Below, one piece after another: positions 32,764 through 46,785 of a DNA stretch of 64,000 bases (position 1 is its first letter; each line of letters opens with the position of its first letter). The notes beneath the pieces were generated by a model. The model was not told where the DNA came from and did not search any database. It worked only from the letters and a program-made list of their open reading frames with translations. Source of the stretch: Eledone cirrhosa (Eukaryota); contig OZ024750.1 in the NCBI GenBank assembly GCA_964016885.1, positions 47,988,001-48,052,000 of the forward strand, read 5' to 3'. A program made the position numbers and the translations under genes.

Positions 32764-33311
32764 ATATATACATATACACACACACATATATAGCGACGTC
32801 ATATTGTCGTAATGCAGGCGGCTAGAGATACAGACAGATATACTAAGGGCGCTACGTTATATCAATGTATCTATCTAAAAAGAGAAAGACTAAGAATTAT
32901 AGAGAGAGATCGCTAATTCGCCTAATGCCGACCCTAGGGCATTGAACATTTGAAATGTATTCGTCAAAACACTCACAGGACGATAAGTATTAAATGTGTA
33001 TAGTTTGAAAACAACTGCGTCATAATGACGTAATGCAGATAGCCAAGCATACGGACATATATTATAAGAACGCAACGCAATATCCATGTATTATCTAAAA
33101 AGAGAAAGACCAAGGGAGAGAGAAAGAGAACGCTAAATCGCCTAATGCGGTCATTGAAAATTTGAATTTGTTTTTGCTCATTACACTCAATGGGACCATA
33201 AGTATTACATGTGTAAAGTTTGAAAACATTCAGTTGGGTGGTTCTCGAGCTTTAGTGATTTTACAGACAGACACACATACATGCTCTGTTTTAGTAATAT
33301 ATATATATAGA
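31633..33311 (-). mobile_element. Non-autonomous Helitron with internal tandem duplications
   Basis: Minus-strand 5' end a|TCtatatatatattactaaaacagagcatgtatgtgtgtctgtctg. 3' hairpin cccgagcaacgtcggg followed by CTCG|t (CTAG variant). Internal repeats at ~31700-32200 and 32200-33150. Confidence 0.75.
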
Positions 33312-33374
33312 TACACACCCTAAGCGCACTCACGCGTGTCTGTGTATGAACCTTTTGTGACAATGTATATTAGG

Positions 33375-33494
<120 letters not shown>

Positions 33495-33904
33495 TTAACT
33501 TGGCAAACACCAACAAGTGAGAAACAAGTTGACGGTTGCTTCACCTGGTTTTGCTGAAAGTACAGATGTATCACGATGGATATTACCCTAAAACGATTCA
33601 TAGTTGTAGACTGAAATATTTTTTTATAAAAATCCTACATAAATGTACATATGTGTGGGTAACGCTCAGATGGAGCAAGCACCAATAATAAGTTGTATAT
33701 AGTGTATGTGATCCAGGAAATTCCTGGTGTTGGTACCATCATGAGCACTCGCTACACAGGCAGAACATCAATTTAAAATAAAAAAAACAGTTTTTTCTTC
33801 TTAAAGTATAGAATGGCAAACCTAATGATTTCATGATAATTTAAAAAATCTAGTCCAATTTAAAATATGTTTCTTCTCTTCTAAAGTATTGACAATTTTG
33901 TTTT

Positions 33905-34620
33905 AACTGCTCGTTGAACCTATGTAATACCACACCGGATGGTCACACTTAATAGTGCACATATATCCCATATTGGATTCCAGATATCTATTTTATAGTG
34001 GGCATTTATCCGGCAGATGGCTGTTACATTGAGAGGTCCTGCTATGTTCTGGCTCTTCGTTATAGTTCGATATGTGGCTTGAGTTAGGCCGAGATGCTGG
34101 TCTGTTGGTGTTTTGTTGTGGAATATATTGACGGACAGGCGGTTGCGATGCTGATATGCAGTGGCATTTTGTATATGATGTAGGTTTGTGAACTACAGTT
34201 TTTAGAGATTCTATGGAGTTCAGTTTTCTCTAGATGTGATTCGAAGTTCGCTATATTAGAGTCACAGTGCTTAATAGTGTCTCTATTGAAGATTCTATGT
34301 TATTTATTTGGTTTAAGGAAGTGCTTATCGATTAAATCAAAGAACCTAGATCGTAGGTTGGGCTTTATAGAATAGTTGAAAGTTGGATTACACCACAAAT
34401 ACCATTTATTTCTGGATTCCTGGAGTTTTCGGAGGTTGACATGCTCGTATTCTGTTCGGCAATTCTATGTGGCTGTTGTGTATTCTTATGTTTAGTCCTA
34501 TATTTGTTACTCCTATTAGGGCGGCTGACATAGTTGTGCCTAGGTTTGTAGTTGAGACCCTCTTTATGTCCTACCTTCGGTAAAGCGGTGTTGCGGTGTT
34601 CCCCAAATATGAAACCTTTG
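33905..34620 (-). pseudogene. Degraded Naiad-type PLE fragment (linker plus GIY-YIG)
   Basis: Hand translation gives YLWCNPTFNYSIKPNLRSRFFDLIDKHF (~34320-34400) and CNSHLPDKCPL*NRYLESNMGYMCTIKCDHPVWYYIGST (~33910-34030), collinear with the 19116 ORF. Confidence 0.82.
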
Positions 34621-34663
34621 TTAATACTTGGAACAAACCGTACTATGTACCCTACTCCTTTAT

Positions 34664-34702
<39 letters not shown>

Positions 34703-34908
34703 AAAGCAGTGACGAGGAACACACACATACACACACACACACATATATAAAGAGAGTAAATGAGTGAAGAAGTCACGGTTCGACTATAAGGTCGCGTTTA
34801 TTCCGAGTATTATCAAATGTTTCATTAATCAGGTGTCTAAAAACCGCTGCTCGCCGAATGCTACGTCACTCTACTTGGTTTAACGTAAACGATAGCTCAT
34901 TAACTTAA

Positions 34909-34970
<62 letters not shown>

Positions 34971-34973
<3 letters not shown>

Positions 34974-35306
34974 AAAGTTTTATTTAAAATTGTTGGGTTA
35001 CAACAAGTAAATATTTTATAACTGATATAAAGCACTCGACAAGTTTTGGAGTAGATATACGATATTAAACAAATGGAAACTATATTTATAAAACCATATT
35101 TATTTCATTATATATATTTCGGGGATACCATATTAAAAATATGGCATGCCTTCTCCAGATAAAATATAAAATATATTTATAAGACTGTTTATATATTGTA
35201 TCTTATCTGAAGAAGGCATGCCATATTTTTAATATGGTATCCCCGAAATATGTATAATGAAATAAATATGGTTTTATAAATATAGTTTCCATTTGTTTAA
35301 TATCGT
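34971..35306. mobile_element. Family B fold-back element with HHR in both arms
   Basis: 35056-35165 is the reverse complement of 35199-35308. Flanked by (TA)n. Confidence 0.85.
35199..35264 (+). ncRNA. Minimal type I hammerhead ribozyme (family B)
   Basis: tatcttat-CTGAAGA-aggcatgccatatt/aatatggtatcccc-GAAA-tatgta-TA-atgaaata. The left-arm copy has a mutated core (CTGGAGA). Confidence 0.78.
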
Positions 35307-35328
35307 ATATATATATATATATATATAT

Positions 35329-36056
35329 CAGGGACTCTATGTCTTTATGATATATTGTTTTTGTTTATGCCACGAAACTACGTAGTCGAGGAATTAAGGA
35401 GCAGTTTAGGTATGATACATTTTATTACTAATTATATCTAAATGTTTCTTCTCTCTTCAAAATGTATTTTTAACTCTGATACTGGTTCAGTCTAGTTCAA
35501 CTGAATTGGTCTGTCCCGGTCATTCATTGAGCAACATCGGTGAAGTTGGCACCCTTAACTCACAGTTAGGTGCTGATGCATTCATGTATATATGTGTGTG
35601 TCCGCATGTATCTGTGTGTTTCTAAATATATTGTTAATAACTCCCTCTGGTCGAGCAATCTTTGAAGTGTGGGGACAACTGGAAAGCTTCCATTACTCAT
35701 ACTTCTAGCCTTCTTCACCACCTCTTCTGCGGCCTCGATATGAATACCCCCTCCGCCTCCGTGGTATTTTCTTCGTGGTTATAAGAGGCTTAGTTCTGTT
35801 TCTCGACCGTTATATCGCGTGACTATCTCCCCCTCCGCCTTTTGGGATTCTTTCTCACGTCGTGTAGACGCGTTCTTGAGACTAGTAAAACGAGGTATCC
35901 TCTTGATAAGTCGGCAGACCTCGCAGGGACTCTATGTCTTTATGATATATTGTTTTTGTTTATGCCACGAAACTACGTAGTCAAGGAATTTAGGAGCAGT
36001 TTAGGTATGATACATTTTATTACTAATTATATCTAAATGTTTCTTCTCTCTTCATA

Positions 36057-36060
<4 letters not shown>
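35329..36060 (+). mobile_element. Retrozyme-like element, family E (~597-bp unit, 135-bp terminal direct repeats), in (TA)n
   Basis: 35329-35460 is repeated at 35924-36060. The HHR overlaps the repeat. No ORF. Confidence 0.82.
35898..35987 (+). ncRNA. Type I hammerhead ribozyme with U3-A8 core and long stem II
   Basis: tcctc-TTGATAA-gtcggcagac...gtttatgccac-GAAA-ctacgtag-TC-(a/g)agga. The first repeat copy (35378-35382) has the perfectly pairing gagga. Confidence 0.78.
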
Positions 36061-36129
<69 letters not shown>

Positions 36130-36465
36130 GAGGTTATATTTAATTTGTTGGGATTCAAAAACAAATATTTTTTATAACTGAATTAAAGCACTCACCACAT
36201 TTTTGGAGTAAAGATACAATATATTAACAAATGGAAACTATATTTATAAAACCATTTTTATTTCATTATACATATTTCAAGCACACTAAAGCTTTCAACT
36301 GATTTGGTCGCATTCTTTAAGGGTACTTCAGTATTTGTTTATAAAAGTGATCTATATTATATTTTATCTGATGAAATCGCACCATAATTTGCTTTGGTGT
36401 CCTTGAAATATGTATAATAAAATAAATATGGTTTTATAAATATAGTTTCCATTTGATAATATATT
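36130..36465. mobile_element. Family B fold-back element; HHR at 36360-36424 (+)
   Basis: 36218-36281 is the reverse complement of 36402-36465. tattttat-CTGATGA-aatcgcacca..tggtgtcctt-GAAA-tatgta-TA-ataaaata. Confidence 0.82.
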
Positions 36466-36844
36466 ATCTATCTATATATACATATATATATATATATTCC
36501 TTATTTTCAATATATATATATATATATTGAAAATAAGGAATGGCAGTCATTTTTATATGTATATATATATATATATATATATTTGCTGAAGTCCTGTTTG
36601 CTCACAATTTCTGAGATTGGTAAAAAAAAAAAAATGAGTATGTCTGTATTGGAGCAGTCGCATGTGGTTTTGACTCAGGCCACAATTTGCCAATCTTAGT
36701 AGCACTATACGTGCATCTATGCATGCCGTTTCTGCATGGCCTCATCAGAGGAAGTAACTAAAATAATGACGGATGCGAAGTTGTGCATCAAGGTTGTGCG
36801 TCCAAAACTTAATACCACAATGTCTATGACCTCCCATACTTGAA

Positions 36845-37330
36845 AAAGATCACATCTCACTCTTGTGGAACTTTAGCATCCAAACAGACCGAAAAATAGT
36901 TATAAATAGACCTGATATAATACTGAAGGACTTTGAAAAGTGGGTATGCCTGCTAATTGATATGTCTGTTCCAATAGACAAGAATGTATCTATAAAAACA
37001 TTTGAAAAATTTAGCAAGTATAAGGACCTGAAGATAGAAATTGGAAAAATGTGGAAATTGATAACTAAAACAATACCAGTGCTTGTAGGCGCTCTAGGAA
37101 TGATACCTAAGGGGTCTACTGATTACTTATCGCAAATCCCTGGACACCCGCGTATAGGAGATATACAAAAGATAGTACTAATGGGAACTGTCGATATACT
37201 AAGGAATATTCTGTCAATATAAGTACATCACAAGTCTAAACACGAAAAGATGCATGTGTGTGTATGTATGTTCTTTCTTGAACATGGCGGATCTTGTTGT
37301 CTCTTGAGGTCACTGGTTGTAACTTGGTGA
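36845..37330 (+). mobile_element. 3' end of an R4/Dong-type non-LTR retrotransposon (restriction-like endonuclease domain plus 3' UTR)
   Basis: ORF 36863-37222: WNFSIQTDRKI..NRPDII..LLIDMSVP..EKFSKYKDL..IPVLVGALG..IQKIVLMGT, the PD-(D/E)xK RLE signature. Confidence 0.88.
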
Positions 37331-37599
37331 TAACTCGTATGAATATAAAGCAAGATAAATGCAAGGGTTGATACAAAGTATAATATTAAGGACAACAGAG
37401 GAAAATGCAAATGGGCATTTCTGCGTGTAAAACAAAAAACAGAGTCTGCGACAAAAATGAAACATTGAACAATTTCCGAATCACCTCCGACGGATTCTCG
37501 TGGAGAAAGCCCACAAGAAAAGTCACGGCTACCCTGACCACTATGGCAAATTTCCTCTTCCATGTTTCCTATTATAATGCTACAGGCACAGACTCATGC

Positions 37600-40500
37600 T
37601 AGACCCATTCACATGGGCCATTCTTGCCTCTCTCACCCACCTCTCAACAAACTGTGTGGAAGTGAGCACTTCCCTCTCCACCCTGATATTCCTTTACAGG
37701 TGAAAACTGGAAAAGTTAATGAGGGCGTCACCGAAGAGGAATGTACCCGTCTTCGACCCTTTCAGACGTGTCCACTATACAATCTCTTTTACCATGGCCA
37801 CCAGGCAGATAAAAGCTGCCTGCCCTTCTCGGCTAAAGGAAGGCTGCGGGGCAATTTTCACGATGGACTCAGCTGATAGCCGGATCCCTTCTACACGTGA
37901 CAGCAGGAGTTCGGCATAAACCCACAAGTCAGGAATGCTCGGACACTGGACGAGCGCGTGCAGGACGGTTTCATCGCCCCGCGCGCATCTCGGAGAGGCC
38001 CGGCTGACGGCAATTCCATGCCTGTAGAGTTTACCCTGAACTGGCAAGGCTCCTCGGTAGCACAACCAGTCCAGGGATTTCTGGAAGTTGTCCATGGGCC
38101 CCGGTCCGAAAGTTCTCCCGAAGAGATTGGCTAGTTGGTTTCGCTCGACGCCTAGGGTCTCCACAAGGATGTCATTGCTCTTTCCCTCCACTAACCCTCT
38201 ATAGAAAGCCAAGGTGGAATTTCCAGCGATTATATTGCTCGACTGATCGAGGGTTGTAAGCGCCTCAAGACATTCCTGTTTCCAAGCGCTTCCTCTCGGT
38301 TTTCGCTTGATCCAGGACTGCAGCTCTCCCAAGGAAACACGATAGCGAAACATGTCTCTAGCAGAGGGCGACCACACCTGATCACCATCGACGAAGAGGT
38401 GGATATATCGTAGCCTGAGCGCATGTCTGCGCATAATCAGCAGGGCCATGTCCAGCCCTCCGCGTAGCGGGTGTTGACAGCAGATTAGGCGAGGCTTAGG
38501 GTAAGGCACGACGGTCAGGCGGTAATAGATGACGGACGCGATGTACGCATTCGCCAACTCCTCTCGACCTTTCAGGGATAGCTTCTACTCTGCCCTTTTC
38601 TGGGTGAGAGGAGTCACCTTGGTCGTGACCTCCTCCAAGTGTTTGTCTGTCTGGAGGTCCGGACCGAACCAGACCTCTAACAATTTAACCGGCCGTTGGT
38701 CCAGCACCCGACGACGCTGTTGGATGACATGGACATGCCTCTCCAGGTGCCGAGTTGCAGGCCTACTGATTTTTCCTGGTAGATCTTTGCTCCTGTTACT
38801 ACCTCGTATTCTGTTAGAGTGGTGCCGATCGCCTCGATGTGTTTGGCGTTCGAGACGACTACGGTAACCTGGTCTGCATTTCTCCCGCATCCTAGTACCC
38901 GTGGGGTCCCCCTCAACGTCTCCTGTTTGTGCAGTAAAATTGTCAATACGTACAGCAAGGACCAGAGAGGACATCCTTGGTGGATCTAGCGCATGATGTT
39001 GAACGGTTCCGAAAGGTGACCGTTCACTCTCACTACAGATCAGATGTCGCTGTGCATGGAAGCAATCCAGCCTCTGAAGACAGGCCCAATGCAAGCTGCT
39101 CCTATGACTGCCACCAAATAACGGTGGTCGAACCTATCGAAAGCTTTTGACTGATCTAAACTGATCAACGACCCACCCTAGCTACACTCTCTACGATATA
39201 TCGCATGAGGTCGACTTTGTCGTGGATGGATATGTCTGGATTGGCACATGTTTGCGCCTCTCCTACCAAACCACCAACGACAAGCGCCAACCACTTTGCT
39301 ACTAGCTTAGCCGAAATCTTGAGGTCTGTGTTTAGCAGAGCTATGGGTCTGAAATATTATATGTTATCCCCCTTGTTCGGATCCTTTCTCAGCGGCGCCA
39401 CATCTCCTGGGTTCACAGAGCTGGTTATTCTCCCGTTATGCTGCTAGTTCCAGTTGACGTCCGTCAAGTGGTCTTCAAACAAGTCTGGCATATGTATGTA
39501 ACATTTCTAGGGCAGACCATCCAAACCAGACGATGTACCCATTGAGCAGCTAATCATTGCCTTCCGTACTTCAGCAGCTGTTATCGGCCTTTCGTAACAC
39601 TCAGTTGCCGAGAGTCGCGGCAGTCCATCGATGTAGGCACTAAAGTCCATTCGTCGACGCGGCCCGCCACTATCCCCGAACAGCTGAGCAAATTGCTGAG
39701 GAAAAGCCGCACACATCTGCCCAGGGACGAGTATCATGCGCCCGTCGTCGTTCGCCAAAGACCGGATCGTGGCTTTGTTGCCACAACGCACCTCCGCCAC
39801 CCGGGAGCATTGAAAGGCTTTCGTCCCCTCGTGTCTGAGAGCACGCACCCAAGCTGTTACAACACAGCCTTCGTGATTGAAAAATTGCGTTGAAAAATGT
39901 GTCAGGAGGCAATTTCGCCGCAAGCACGTCGGTCGCGATGCCTTTAGTAAGTGCCTCCTCTAATTTGCTAACTAGATTTCCTTCTGCTCTATTTTTTGTC
40001 TCTGTTACTAACGCTTAACTAAACCTAATGGACTCTATTCTAATCGCTCTTTTCAAGGCAAACCACCATTTGTTGTTGACGATGGCCCCTGTCAACGCCT
40101 GCTTAACTAATTCGCTAATCCGGTCTCTGTAAACTTTGCGCGCTGTTAACGACGCGTTTAGTTTCCTGTAGCCAGGTCCCTGTCTATAAACCCTATCTAA
40201 GTCAACCACATAGATCACGAATTTGTGGTAGCTGACTATCTTAAATTGTGGACAGCCTATACTAGATCTATCTATTTCCCTATAAAATACCCTATCTAGA
40301 TATGATCTGGAAGACCCGATACGGTTTGTCCAAGTCCACATTGGCACATTCGGGAAATCCAATCGGTACCTGTCAAACTGTTGAAAAAGACTGAGCAAGT
40401 TTGTGAGGCTTTTACATCCTGCTCCTCTATCCGCCAATCCCACACAATCCCAGCGTGCATCTAACATCCCGTTCCAGTCGCCTACTAACACTAAAGAGCG

Positions 40501-40790
40501 GCACGTTCCAAAAAAGGTCTCTAGACGCGGGAAGAATTCAGGCCGTCCAGCTCCTGTTGGGGCATAAACAGCCACTAGCCTGAAAACTTGTCCTTCTGAG
40601 CTGGTCACGTCTATCACCACCAACTTACCTTCTGGGTTCAGACTTCTCCGGAACAACATGACCATTCCCGATCCGGGACGGCTTGGTAATGTGTACAACC
40701 CGTAGCTAGCACTTGACGATTTCATGCACGAAATATCTTGCTATGGATCAGCTGAGATAAATACATAAATATCATTTGGCTGAATCTTTT
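37600..40790 (-). mobile_element. Degraded Tx1/L1-clade LINE ORF2 (APE endonuclease, RT, C-terminal Zn finger)
   Basis: VAVYAPT, LVGDWN, WTWTN, SYLDRVF (40015-40725); SSGLDGLP, RPIALLNTDLKI, LDQSKAFDR, NADQVTV (degenerate YADD); PRCARGDETVLHALVQCP. Many stops and frameshifts. Confidence 0.9.
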
Positions 40791-43700
40791 CATGTAACCT
40801 TGCTCACTTAATATGAAAAGTTAAGCATGGACTTCAATGCAGCTTAATGTTTTTTCAGTGCAGGAGCTCTTGGTTTGAGATCTGTCTTTTTTTTACTACT
40901 AAAATGCTATCCATCTTGAACAAATACACAGATTAATGGGTACTGGAGTGCATCATATGATTAGTGGCTTGCATTTATCTGCTGCATCTTATTTCCTCTT
41001 CCTTGAATAATTATATCTCCCTTCCCATACACGTCGCCTGTAATAATTGATGTTAATTCATTCGTAGCAGCGTTATAGTAGCGGCCTCTGTGTTCAACAA
41101 CCGGCTTTTTGTCTACATCAATCCCTATCTTGTATTCAGTGGGGAGGGGTGCATATTATAATGCTTACTTGAAAATTCTGGTGTAGCTATTGTTTGCATG
41201 AAACATATTTGCAGATCAAAGATTAACTTTTCTTTCAAATTTGGAATGTTAAATGACCGTTACAAAGCCTGCTCCTTGTAATTTATAACAATATATAGCT
41301 GTACAAACTGAGGATGTTTGCCTTCAGTTGGCAACAAAGATCCAATACGATGGCATACCTGACCTTGAACTTTAAATATTGGCTCCATGTTCCCTTATCT
41401 TATAATATTGCTACTAAAGGAAAGCAGAATTATACGTTTTCAAGAAACCCATGCTCCTTGGTGCGTTTCCCAAAAGAAATGCGTTTAAATTATCCGACGG
41501 TGTATCAAACGTCGGTTTAACAGCTGTTCCTCCACCACAAAACATAGTGCTGGGTTATTTTTCCAATTTCTTTTCTTTTTCAAAAATTGCACTCTTTTGA
41601 CTCTAATATCAATCAATTTCTCTGTACAATAATCATGTTTGGGATCATAGTTGAAAGCTGAACCTTGCCAAGCCACCTTGAAAGGTCCAACGCTTTTATC
41701 AAACGGATTCAGCCTATCTTGATCAAGAGGCTTACGTCTTTCCTCTGGGGATTGGCGAAGTCTTGCAGCAACTGTTTGCTACTGGTTTTTTTTTTTTTTT
41801 TGTGGAATCTCAAGCTGACCTATTGTCTTATTGGCAACTCTGGCAGCTTTCTTTGTCTTGCTTCCTTTAAACGTTTTCTCTTTCCTTTGTTTACTTCTGG
41901 CTCCTGCGGATTGCATTTTGTTGACGTAAATAGTCTAACCGTTTTTCCCTTGCCTCTTGCATGCAGCAGCTCTCCTCCGGTCGTTTTCATGTATTTGCCG
42001 TCATTGTGCAGGCGTCTCTAGTGACTTTGTTCTAGTTATCTGTACTCGTCTTTCCTTCACTGAAGGATACTGATCATCTACAGCAACTCCGTCTCTTCTT
42101 ATAAAGAGTGAGAACATTGCTCTAGGAAATTCTTTTCAAAATTAAAATGGAGGTTAAATAAAAAAGAAATGAGTGAAAGTTACGTGAATATCTTCACAAG
42201 AGTGATTGAAATAAATGGCAATTGTGGAGCGCCGCACGCATGTACACACACACGCACTAATGTACGAGAGCGCACACACACACGCGTGCACGTACATGCA
42301 CACACTCACTCACACACATTGGTAGTTTTTACTGTCAATGGAATGCTGCACGCATATACACACACACACACACACTCGCGTGCAGGTACACACACATATA
42401 TGTATTGCCTTCTTTCCCCGCTTATACACTCATACATCACACACACATGTATCAGCACTGACACATATACATACAGTATCAAACAGAGCATCGTTCTCTC
42501 TCTCTCGCTTTCTCTCGCTTTCTCTCTCTTTCTCTCTCTCTCTCTCTATCCCTCTATCCTCCAGGGGGATTACTTTGAAGGAGAACACTCTTAGTGTGAA
42601 GTTTGGGTTTGAAATAAATCTTTTGTGACACCAGTCCTGGAATTTTTCTGACCCACCTCATATGTCTTTGTCATTTCTGTTTACCTTTTGCCTATATATA
42701 TATATATATATATTTGTCACATCGTCAGTCTGAGGGGAGGATTGATAGTGGACTCGGGTCAAATCCCCTGAGAAGCGCGCATAAAATGTCAATACACAAT
42801 AAATATCTCATACATAAACGAAACATCCTTGTATTCTATATTATATGTATGTGTGTGTGCGTGTAATGTATTTCCGTAGAAAAGGTAAAGTAAAGCAGAG
42901 TGTTCTATGTTTAGTACAGGACTATTTAATTATATAGTAAACAACTCAATATAATTATTCCATTAACCAAGGTTTCGCAAAATTAGGCGATTCTAACAAG
43001 AACAGGGTTATATATATATATATGTATTTCTTTATATATGAGCTATGTTCAATATGATTGCACTTGTATTTATCTTCATCTGTAATACGGGTATTTAATA
43101 AAGATGTAAATGTAATTTTATCTGACGAGATTGCAGGATTCACTGAGCGAGTTTATATGCTTTGTAGGCTGATCTTGTTTAGCCTTGGATCAACCAGTCT
43201 TGATGAAATATGAACGAATATATTTAAATCATGGGTTTCCGGTCGGATTATGGGAATATGCGGCTAGTTTAGCTAACCTGTTCTTATTAAGAGAGTGTGG
43301 GATTTACAGAACTTTGGTTACCAGTTGATTGCAAGTATGCCGCCCACGTACAACGTGCTTCCTTGCGTTCTTACGGAAAGTATAGTTCGTATCTTTAAAT
43401 CATCATAACCTTTTGTTGTTCTGTTAATTTCCCTTTCGTTAATTAGAATTACAGTTCAGGATAACTATGCTAAACCGACATTCCACATGTCGTGGGCGCC
43501 ATTCGTACTGTTTCCCTAGTATATTGCGGAGAGCACTATCACATTATCCTTCCCTTTTATAAAAAGTGAGTAGTTTGTGATTTCCGGATATTTCGCTGTT
43601 ATTTCAATCAGATATTAGCAGCAACGTAGAGACGCCAGCATTGGCTCGAATAACTTTAGATTCCATTGCAATCAATTCCATGGCGATACATTGTAAAAGT

Positions 43701-44216
43701 ACATTGCCTTTCTTACCTTATCTATTATACACAAGCATAGATTAAAATATAACGCCAATATGTCTAATTATATACGAGCATAGCAACATTTCTACCAGAA
43801 CATACGTCTACTGCCGCAGCCCAAATTGTTTTGTCAAATAAAACGAACATTGAATATATCAGATATGTTGGTATATTCTAGTTCTGCTTAACGAGTATGC
43901 AGCTATCTTTTGACAAATAGTGTTGCCATAATTTGATAGTGATATGTTTAATTATAACCAGGATTGTCATGGCGTTACAATATATTCAATATTGAATAAT
44001 ATCATTCACACCTACCTAAACGAGTCCAAAGCCTTTCCATTCCTTTTATATATGCATACAGCTTGACAAATCAAATCAGTGTGTTAGGGTAAAGTTTTAG
44101 TAAACGTGAAAACATCCATTCTGTATGTGCTCTGGAAAATGTTTTCGTTATAATGAAGGCAATGAATATATATTGCAAACAGCAAATATTATTTTAATAG
44201 TGACTATATCTATATC

Positions 44217-44278
<62 letters not shown>

Positions 44279-44334
44279 TTTGTTTGTGTGAGTGTGTATG
44301 TGTGTGCATATAAATATATGTATATACCTCCATA

Positions 44335-44383
<49 letters not shown>

Positions 44384-44956
44384 ATGTGTGAGTGTGTATG
44401 CATGTGCATATAAATATATGTATATACATCCACATATATACATGTGCGTGTGTATGCGCGTGTATGTGTGTGTGTTTGTATATATATATATATGTATACG
44501 TATATGTGTGCGCTTCCATGTGTATGTTTGATGGTAGTGGTGTATTTTACATCATGGTTCTATTGAGACGGAAAGAAGATACTTGTGACTTTAACATATT
44601 CTTATATATAAGAATCATTAGTTTAACGATTTCCAATATACCCTGTTATGTCTACAATGTGCATAAAGAAGTGAATGTTTCACAGAGATAAAGTTCTTGC
44701 CACAATTATGTTTACAGACGTAGACCAAATAAACAATATACGTTACATTACTCAGCTTCCCAGGAACACCAACATATGCACATTGAGAAATACTGGCAAA
44801 TATACACCAATATTTAATGTACATAAAACAATACAGAATAGAATGTAGGACATAGTGCTGTAGAAGTATTAACATTATATCCCAAACTACGGGCTAATAT
44901 AACACCATATGACGTATGCACGTGCGATTTCGATGAGGTGAATGGAAAAGAAAATT

Positions 44957-45640
44957 AATGTATAAGAGTTAACTGAAACGTCCATAGGCTGACCAAGATA
45001 CATTCATGCAATTACCAAATGAGGTTTATTTTTCAACATAACCCATAGAATGAAAGTTTTCAGTTATTGATAAGATGTAAAAATAATTGTTTCTACTTTA
45101 GGCACAAGGCCAGCAAAATATCCAGTGCATTACTGGTACTTTATTTTAACGACCCCGTAAGGATGAAAGGCAAAGTTAACCTCGGCAATAATGTATAAGA
45201 GTTAACTGAAATGTCCATAGGCTGACGAAGATACATTCATGCAATTACCAAATGAGGTTCATTTTTCAACATAGCCCATAGAATGAAAGTTTTCAGTTAT
45301 TGAAAAGAGGTGAAAATAATTGTTTCTACTGTTGGCACAAGGCCAGAAATTACCCAGTACATTACTGGTACTTTATTTTATCGACTCCGTAGGGAGGAAA
45401 AGCAAAGTTAACCTCGGCGGGATTTGAACTCAGATTGTAAAGGGACATAACTACGCTGGAAAGCATGCCTGACCCTCTACCAATACTGCCAATTCACCGA
45501 TAAGAGGTGAAAACAATTGTTTCCCACTTTTGGCACAAGGGCAGCAATTACCCATACATTACTGGTACTTTATTTTATCGACTCCGTAAGGATGAAAGGC
45601 AAAGTCAACCTCGGCGGGATTGATAAGAGGTGGAAATAAT
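44957..45640. repeat. Tandemly duplicated composite of a mariner-like end fragment and partial SINEs
   Basis: aatgtataagagttaactgaaa..tccataggctgac at 44957 and 45190. Minus-strand SINE pieces at 45085-45187, 45318-45500 and 45515-45620. Confidence 0.75.
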
Positions 45641-46064
45641 GCATGTAAGATTTCACAATTCTAGCACTTCTTCATTGTCAGCACAAGAGGTTGTCAGCCC
45701 ACTACAGTATAATCGGGATGGGGATTCACTTGGCTGCTCCTTAGTAGTATGGATTAGGTTGTGTTCTCACATATGTAAGAAGGGGTGTTGAAATATTTAA
45801 ATCTATAGAGATTATCGTTGACATGAATAGACAATAATTAGTACCGTAGTTTAATGAAGGAGATATAAATGAAATCAAGGAATTTCTCTATACGTTTCTA
45901 TGCCAATGGGGTACAAGGGACACTTTAGCCAATGTTTTCAAACAGCAATTTCAGTAGAATTTCTAATATGCCTTTACCTATAATTTGAACTCTTTGGTTA
46001 TTTCCATACATGGGTTCATATATATATGTCTTACAACTGGTGGGAACACATAACACTTCTCCCT

Positions 46065-46475
46065 GAGAGAGGGAGTTGTTAGAGAAAGGGAGAGAGAGAT
46101 AACGAGCAAACGAGAGAGAGAAAGAGAGTGAGAGAGAGAGAAAGTCCCAGAGTGAGTGAGAGCGAGCGAACGAGGGAGAGAAAGAGAGAGAGAGCGACAT
46201 AGAGGGAGAGAGAGAGAATGTATCAGAGCGCGAGAGAGAGATAGAGAGATAGATAGAGAGATATATAGATAGATAGATAGAGAGAGAGAGAAAGAGAGAA
46301 CCAGAGAGAGAGAGAGATGGAGAGAGAAATAGAACATGAGAGAGTGACATGGAGGGTAGAGAAAGAGAGAGATAAAGAGAGAGAGGGAGATAGAGAAAGA
46401 GAGAGTGAGAGAGAGAGAGAAATAAAGAAATGGAGAGAGAGAGAGATAGAGCGAGAGAGAGAGAGATAGATAGAT

Positions 46476-46547
<72 letters not shown>

Positions 46548-46785
46548 ATATATATAGAGAGAGTGACAGAGAGAGAGAGAGAGATGAAGAGAAAAATAGA
46601 AAATGAGAAAGTGACAGGGAGGGTCGAGAAAGAGAGAGAGAAAGAGAGAGAGGGAGAGAGAGAAAGAGAGAGTGAGGGAGAGATAAATAAAGAAAGGGAG
46701 AGAGAGAGAGTGAGATAGAGATAGAGAGAGAGAGAGGGATATATATATATAGAGAGAGAGGGAGAGTGACAAAGAGATCAATGGG
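46065..46785. repeat. Degenerate (GA)n tract
   Basis: Polypurine run; source of the spurious SLSL ORFs. Confidence 0.95.

Noticed and set aside
40800-42100. Possible ORF1 of the Tx1 LINE
   Set aside because: The position fits, but it is too degraded to show a motif by eye.
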